This document shows, in pieces, positions 57,101 to 64,000 of a DNA stretch of 64,000 nt. The notes under the pieces were generated by a model. The model saw only the letters and a list, made by a program, of their open reading frames with translations. It was not told the DNA's origin and did not search any database. The translations under genes were made by a program, and so were the position numbers. The stretch lies in assembly GCF_009914755.1 (NCBI RefSeq), contig NC_060925.1. One strand, 5' to 3'. Source of the stretch: the human T2T-CHM13v2.0 reference genome, Homo sapiens. How positions within the stretch are numbered: the first letter of the stretch is position 1; each line of letters starts with the position of its first letter.

Positions 57101-60100
57101 GGCAGGCCGGCCGGCTTGGCTGGCTGGCTGGTTGGCTGGCTTGGCTAGCTGACTGGCTTGGCTGGTTGGCTGGCTTGGCTGTCTTGGCTGGCTGGCTTGG
57201 CTAGCCGTGTGGCTTGGCTGGCTTGGGTAGCCGGCTGGCTTCGCTGACTGGATGGCTTGGCTGGCATGCCTGGCTTGGCTGGCTGGCTGGCTGGCTTGGC
57301 TCACTGGCTGGGTGTCTGGCCTGGCTAGTTGGGCGGCTTGGCTGGCTTGGCTGGCTGGGCGGCTTGGCTGGGCGCCTTGGCTGGCTTGGCTGGCTGGGTG
57401 GCTTGGCTGGCTTGGCTGGCTGGGAGGCTTGGCTGGCTTGGCTGTCTGGGCTGGCTGGCTGGCTTGGCTGGCCGGGTGACTTGGCTGGCTTGAGTGGCTG
57501 AGTGGATTGGCTAGCTTGGCTGGCCAGCTGGCTTGGCAGGCTGGATGGCTTGGCTGGCTTTGCTGGCAGGCTGGTTTGGCTGGCTTGGCTGGCTTGGCTG
57601 GCTGGGTGGCTTGGCTGGCTTGGCTTGGTCAGTGGCTTGGCTGGCTTGGCTGCCTGGCCGGCTTGGCTGCCTTGGGTGTCTGGCCGGCTTGGTTGGCTGG
57701 CAGGCTGGCCAGCTTGACTGGCTGGCTGGTTGTCTGGCTTGGCTAGCTGACTGTCTTGGCTGGTTGGCTGGCTTGGCTGGTTGGCTGGCTGGCTTGGCCG
57801 GCCGGGTGGCTTGGCTGGCTTGGCTAGCTGACTGGCTTGACTGGTTGGCTGTCTTGGCTGGCTTGGCTGGCTTGGCTGGCTGGCTTGGCTGGCCGGGTGG
57901 CTTGGCTGGCTTGGCTAGCCGGCTGGCTTAGGTGGCTGGATGGATTGGCTGGCATGCCTGGCTTGGCTGGCTGGCTTGCTTGGCTGGCTTGGCTGCCTGG
58001 CTGGCTTGGCTGGCATGCCTGGCTTTGCTTGCTGGCTGGCTTGGCTGCCTGGCTTGCTTGGTTGGCATGCCTGTCTTGGCTGGCTGGAGGTCTTGGCTGG
58101 CTTGGCTGGCTTGGCTGCCTGGCTGGCTTAGCTGGGTTGGCTCGCTGGCTGGCTGGCTGCTGGGCCTGGCTGGCTGGGTGGCTTGGGTGGCTTGGCTGGC
58201 TGTGTGGCTTGGCTGGCTTGGCTGGCTGGGAGGCTTGGCTGGCTTGGCTGGCTGGCTGGCTGGGTGGCTTGGCTAGCTGGTGGCTTGGCTGGCTTGGATG
58301 GCTGGCAGGCTTGGCTGGCTTGGCTGGCTGGCTGGCCGGGTGGCTTGGCTGGTTTGGCTGCCCAGGTGGCTGGGCTGGCTTGGCTGGCCGGGTGGCTTGG
58401 CCGGCTTGGCTGGCCGGCTGGCTTGGCAGGATGGATGGCTTGGCTGGCTTGGCTGGCTTGGCTGGCTGGGTGGCTTGGCTGGCTTGGATGGCTGGGTGGC
58501 TTGGCTGGCATGGCTCACTGGGTGGCTTGGCTGGCTTGGCCAGCTGGCTGCCTTGGCTGGCTGCCTGTCTTGGCTGGCTTGGCTGGCTGGCAGGCTTGGC
58601 TAGCTTGGCTGGTGGCTGGCTTGGTTGGCTTGGCTAGTTGGCTGGCTTGGCTGGCTGGCTTGCTGGGTGTGTTGGGTGTCTTGGCTGGTTTGGCTGGCTG
58701 GCTTGGCTGGATGGCTTGCTGGCTTGCTTGGCTGGCTTGGCTGGCTGGCTGGCTTGTCTGTCTGGGCTGGCTGGCTGGCTCGCATGGCTTGGCTGGCTGG
58801 CTTGGCTGGCTGGCTTGGCTGGCTGGCTTGCTGGCTTGCTTGGCTGGCTTGGCTGCCTGGCTGGCTTGGCTGTCTGGGCTGGCTGGCTGGCTTGGATGGC
58901 TTGGCTGGCTGGGTTGGCTGGCTGGCTCGGATGGCTTGGCTGGCTGGGTGGCTGGCTGGCCTTGTGGCTGGGTGGCTGGCTGGCTTGGCTGGCTTGGCTG
59001 GCCTGGCTGGCTGTGTGGCAGGCTGGCCTGGCTGGCTGGGTGGCTGGTTGGGTTGGCTGGCTGGGTGGCTGGCTGGCCTGGCTGGCTGGGTGGCTGGCTT
59101 GCTTGGCTGGCTTGGCTGCCTGGCTGGCTTGGCTGTCTGGGCTGGCTGGCTGGCTTGGATGGCTTGGCTGGCTGGGTTGGCTGGCTGGCTCGGATGGCTT
59201 GGCTGGCTGGGTGGCTGGCTGGCCTTGTGGCTGGGTGGCTGGCTGGCTTGGCTGGCTTGGCTGGCCTGGCTGGCTGTGTGGCAGGCTGGCCTGGCTGGCT
59301 GGGTGGCTGGTTGGGTTGGCTGGCTGGGTGGCTGGCTGGCCTGGCTGGCTGGGTGGCTGGCTGGCTTGGCTGGCTTGGCTGGCTTGGCTGGCTTTGGTGG
59401 CTGGCTGGCTTGGTTGGCTACCTGGCTTGGCTGTATGGGTGGCTTGGCTGGGTTCGCTGGCTGACTGGCTGGCTTGGCTGGCTTGACTGGCTTGACTGGC
59501 TTGTATGGCTGGCTGGCTTGGCTTGCTTGGCTGTCTGGGTGGCTTGGGTGGCTGGCGTGGCTGGCTGGCTGTTTTGGCTGGCTTGGCTGGCTGACTGGCT
59601 TCGCTGGCTTGACTGGGTGGCTTGGCCATCTTGGCTGGCTGAGTGGCTTGGCCGGCTTGGCTGGCTGGCTGGCTTGGCTGGCTGAGTGTCTTGGCCAGCT
59701 TGGCTGGCTGGGTGGCTTGACCGGCTTGGCTGGCTGGGTGGTTTGGCTGGCTTGGCTGGCTGGGTGGCTTGGCAGGCTTGGCTGGCTGGCTGGCTGGCTG
59801 GCTTCGCTGGCTGGGTGGCTTGGCAGGCTTGGCTGGCTGGCTGGCTGGCTGGCTTCGCTGGCTGGGTGTCTTGGCTAGCTTGGCTGGCTGGGTGTCTTGG
59901 CTGGCTTGGGTTGCTGGGTCTCTTGGCAGGCTTGTCTGGCTGGGTGGCTTGGCTTGCTTGGCTGGCTGGGTGTCTTCGCTGGCTTGGCTGGCTGGCTGGC
60001 TTGGCTGGCTTGACTGGCTGGCAGGCTTGGCTGGCTTTTCTGGCTGACTGGCTTGGCTGGCTTGGCTGGCTTGGCTGACTGGCTTGGGTGGCTTGGCTGG

Positions 60101-61302
60101 TTTGGCTGGCTGGCTGGCTTGACTGGCTTGGCTGGCTGGCTGGCTTGCATGGCTTGCTTGGCTGGCTGGCTTGGCCGGCTTGGCTGGCTGGCTGTCTTAG
60201 CTGGCTTGGCTGGCTGGGTTGGCTGGCTTGGCTGGCTCGCTGGCTTGCCTGGCTTGGCTGGCTTGGCTGTCTTGGCTGGCTGGCTGGCTTGGCTGGCTTG
60301 GCTGGCTGGCTTGCCTGGTTTTGCTGCCTGGGCTGGCTGTCTGGCTGGGCTGTCTGGCTGGTTGGCTGGCTTGGCTGGCTTGGCTGGGTGGCCGGCTTGG
60401 CTGGCTTGGCTGACTGGCTTGGCTGGGTTGGCCAGCTTCGTTGGCTGGCTTGGGTCTCTTGGTTTCCTGGGTTGGCTGTCTGGCTGGTTGGCTGGCTTGG
60501 CTGGCTTGGCTGGGTGGCTGGCTTGGCTGGCTTGGCTGACTGGCTTGGCTGGTTTGGCCAGCTTTGCTGGCTGGCTTGGGTCTCTTGGCTGGCTTGGCTG
60601 GGTGGCTGGCTGGCTTGGCTGGGTGGCTGGTTTGGCTGGCTGACTGGCTGGGCTGGCTGGGCTCGCTGTCTGGCTTGGCCGGCTCAGCTGGCTGGCTGGC
60701 TGGCTGGGCTGGCTTGGCTGGCTTGGCTGGCTTGGCTGGCTAGCTGGCTGGCTTGGCTGGCTTGGCTGGCTTGGCTTGGCTCGCTTGGCCTGCTGGCTTG
60801 GCTGCCTTGTCTAGCTGGCTGGATTGGCTTGCTTGGCTGCCTGGCTGGCTTGGCTGGCTTGGCTGCCTTGGCTGGCTTGGCTGGCTGGCTGGCTTGGCTG
60901 GCTTGGCTGGCTGATTGGCTTGGCTGGCTTGGCCGGCCGGCTTTCCTTTCTTGGCTGGCTGGCTTGGCTGGCTTGGCTGTTTGGGTTGGCTTGGCTGGCT
61001 GGGGCGGCTGGGTTGGCTGGCTGGCTTGGCTGGCTGCCTTGCTTGGCTGGCTTGGCTGGCTGGCAGGCTTGGCTGGCTTGCCTGGCTGGCTGGCTTGGCT
61101 GGCTTGGCTGGCTGGAGGCTTGGCTGGCTTGGCTGGCTTGGCTGGCTTGGCTGGCTTTCCTGGCTGTCTGGCTTGGCTGGCTTGGCTGGCTGACTGGCTT
61201 GGCTGGTTTGGCTGGCTTGGCTGGCTGGCTAGCTGGCTCACTTGGCTGGCTTGGCTGGGTGGGTGGCTTAGCCGGCTTGGCTGACTGGCTTGGCTGGCTT
61301 GG
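43809..61302. repeat. ~17.5 kb (GGCT)n/(GGCTT)n [(CAGC)n-type] satellite with higher-order structure
   Basis: Continuous mix of GGCT and GGCTT units (9-mer GGCTTGGCT, 13-mer GGCTTGGCTGGCT); + strand almost lacks A; preceded by a (GT)n stretch at ~43770-43808. Confidence 0.97.
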
Positions 61303-61900
61303 ACATTAAATATAATAATATATTTGGTACATTAAATATAAATTGTATACGTTAAATATAAACATCTTTTATACATCAAACATAAACATTTTATACATTA
61401 AATGTAAACATATCTTATATGTTAAATATAAACATCTTTTATACATTAAATATAAGAATACATTTGGTACATTTAATGTATACAATACATTAAATATAGA
61501 CATTTTAGACATTAAATATAAGCATATATTCAGCACATTAAATGTAAACATATTTTATACAGTAAATATAAATACTGTATATGTTAAATATAAATATGTA
61601 TTTTCTATATTAAATATAAATATGTATCCTGTACATTAAATATAAACATATTTTCTATATTAAATATAAACATGTATTTTGCATAGTAAATATAACTATA
61701 CATTTTCTATATTAAACATCAACATGTATTATGTATATTAAACATAAACATATATTTCCCATATTAAATATAAACATATATTTTTATATGTTAAATATAA
61801 ATATATATTTCCTGTATTAAATATACACATATATATTAAATATAAATATATTTTTCTGTATGAAATGTAAACATATTTTAAACATTAAATATAAATATTC
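61303..61900. repeat. AT-rich degenerate minisatellite (~24-28 bp unit, ATTAAATATAAACATATTTT..)
   Basis: Recurrent TTAAATATAAA core, roughly 20 copies. Confidence 0.85.
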
Positions 61901-62394
61901 ATCTTAGATATGGCCCGTGTTGGAATGTGTAGTAGATTGAGTATATAATGTCTACTCAATATAAAATTTATATTTATATATGCAGTAATGATTCAAGTTG
62001 ATTGTAGTTAAGAAAAACAAGCTCCAAATTCGAAAGAAATATGTAAGAAGAGAGACAGGAAGAAAAAATAATGAGGCAGGTAAATGCAACAGACAATTCG
62101 AGACCCACAAATGCAGAGCAGGCTTCCCAGACCCGGGTAATGTCTCCTGGGCTGATAGGAAGCCCTCAACCCCCCAAGTCCTTCTCAGCCGTAAACCGCC
62201 TGAGCACAGAGCCACAGGGACCGTGTTGGGGCTGGGCCTCCCGACTTCAGTTCCTCTCATTCTGTGCAAAAGGAAAAACAATTCAGAATCTACAGAGTTT
62301 TAGAGGTGTGCAGATGTGGACAGAGAAGTCCGGGCACAGTGGTTTACTGCCCAAGAAGACAGTGAGTCCCCGGAGGAATAGAAGAATATACATC

Positions 62395-62688
62395 ATGCTA
62401 ATATATGTCATCCCAGTACTTTGGGAGGCCGAGGCAGGTGGATCACTTGAGGTCAAGAGTTCGAGACCAGCCTGGCCAACATGGTGAAACCCCGTCTCTA
62501 CTAAAAATACAGAAATTAGTTGGCCGCGGGGGTGGATGACTGTGATCCCAGATACTCGGGAGACAGAGGCAGGATGAACTGCTTGAACCTGGGAGGAGGA
62601 GGTTGCAGTGAGCTGAGATCATGCCATTGTACTCCAGCCTGGGGAAAAGAGCAAGATCCCGTCTCAAAGAAAAAAGAAAAAAAGAAAG
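62395..62688 (+). mobile_element. AluS (5' end eroded)
   Basis: TCCCAGTACTTTGGGAGGCCGAGG..GAGACCAGCCTGGCCAACATGG; A-rich tail. Confidence 0.88.
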
Positions 62689-63122
62689 AAGTTGTGAGTG
62701 CTAAGTTCTCTCTGGATTTTCAGGAGGCCAGTTCTCCAGTCCACGGTGGCCTGGGAGGACAGGGGTTCCTGAGGGTGAACAGAGCCTGTGCCCGGTCAGG
62801 TAGGATCATATGTCCCTGAAGTTCAGAACCCAGGAGCATGGGGATGGTCCTGGGGGTTCCTGCTGCACGGAGGGAAGACCCTCTTTCCACAGGGGCCCCG
62901 GAGAGCGAGAGGAAGGAGGAGGGCAGGTCAGTGAGTGTGATGGGGTCACAGTGGAGAGGGAAGCAGAAAGAAGTGTTCCCACAGCAAGACACACACAGTG
63001 TCCACGCTGAAGCTACAGAGAGGACCTCTCCACCTGTGTCTGCCGCAAAGCAGTGGGGCGTCTTCTGGCAGCCCAGAGTCACCTCCAGATCCCACCTGCA
63101 CCATGCTTCCTGCGGAGACTGC

Positions 63123-64000
63123 CTGTCTTCCTAATACACTGTCTTCTGACCAGTCTTCCAGACAAATCACCGGTTGCTATATATATATATTTTTTAATAG
63201 CTAATATCTTACACTGATATATTTATATTATATATAAATAATTTTGTGCTTTATGTTTATGCTATATATACAGATGTAGTTAGTTATTTATGTTATATAT
63301 AATATAAACATGATGTATATTCTTATATTTCTCTGGGGACTCACTGTCTTCTTAATACACTGTCTTCTGACCAAATTCTTCCAGACAAATCAGCTGTTGC
63401 TATATATATATATATGCTATATATTTTATTGCATAGAATATATTATATATTATATATTAATTATAGAATATATTATATATTATATATTAATTATATAATA
63501 TATGTTACACATTACATATTATATATAATATATTATATTATGCTATATCTTATATATTATATATGTTATATATGTATATATATTATATGTACACATATAC
63601 ACATACATACACACATGTATACTTTAATAGCTAATATCTTACACTGGTATATTTATATTACATATGATTATATACAAATATTTTTGTACTTTATGTTTGT
63701 GCTCTATATACAGATGTAATTAGTTGTTTATGTTATATATAATATAAACATGATGTATATTCTTATTTTCCTGTGAGGACCCACTGTCTTCTTAATACAC
63801 TGTCTTCTGACCAAAGTCTTCCACACAAATCAGCAGTTACTATATATATATATAATATTTATATACACATATACACATACATACACACATATGTATATTT
63901 TAATAGCTAATATCTTACACTGATATATTTATATTACATATAGTAATATACTAATATTTTTGTACTTTATGTTTATACTATACATACAGATGTCGTGAGG
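63123..64000. repeat. Tandem repeat/VNTR with a variable (TA)-rich insert
   Basis: CTGTCTTC.TAATACACTGTCTTCTGACC..TCTTCCA.ACAAATCA starts at 63123, 63344 and 63784 (units of 221, 440 and >=217 bp). Confidence 0.9.

Noticed and set aside
43809-61302. CRISPR array, telomeric array or true Ig switch region
   Set aside because: No repeat-spacer alternation, no TTAGGG, and no I exon or CH exons nearby; units differ from GAGCT/GGGGT
43702-61309. Dozens of W/L/A/G and Q/P/A/S/K ORFs
   Set aside because: Direct translations of GGCT/GGCTT repeats, mostly with non-ATG starts; not membrane or structural proteins. RAN translation cannot be supported from sequence alone

Overview
Primate (human-like) genomic DNA with the layout of a pericentromeric segmental-duplication mosaic. 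No intact functional gene is evident. Left to right: (1) 1-17.9 kb, AT-rich DNA filled with old interspersed repeats (ERV1/MaLR LTRs, L1, L2, few Alus) and a ~700 bp polypurine tract. (2) 17.92-20.83 kb, a CpG-dense GCCGCGGCTTTTTGCCCCC tandem array. (3) 20.8-29.1 kb, an Ig kappa-derived block carrying a Vk1 orphon (IGKV1-39-like); its V exon is open, but the octamer, first ATG and RSS are mutated, and it is followed by a 14-bp perfect hairpin. (4) ~29.15-41.8 kb, an Alu-dense intronic block with one intact-looking striatin (STRN) coiled-coil exon on the minus strand that the ORF track misses. (5) 43.8-61.3 kb, a ~17.5 kb strand-asymmetric GGCT/GGCTT satellite with higher-order structure. (6) An abrupt switch to an AT-rich minisatellite, then a 220-440 bp VNTR at the window end. 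Nearly all long ORFs in the track are repeat artefacts. Repeat subfamilies were assigned by eye from remembered consensus motifs, and most boundaries are approximate. I found no demonstrably new biological system; the best leads are the satellite architecture, the hairpin junction and the captured STRN exon.
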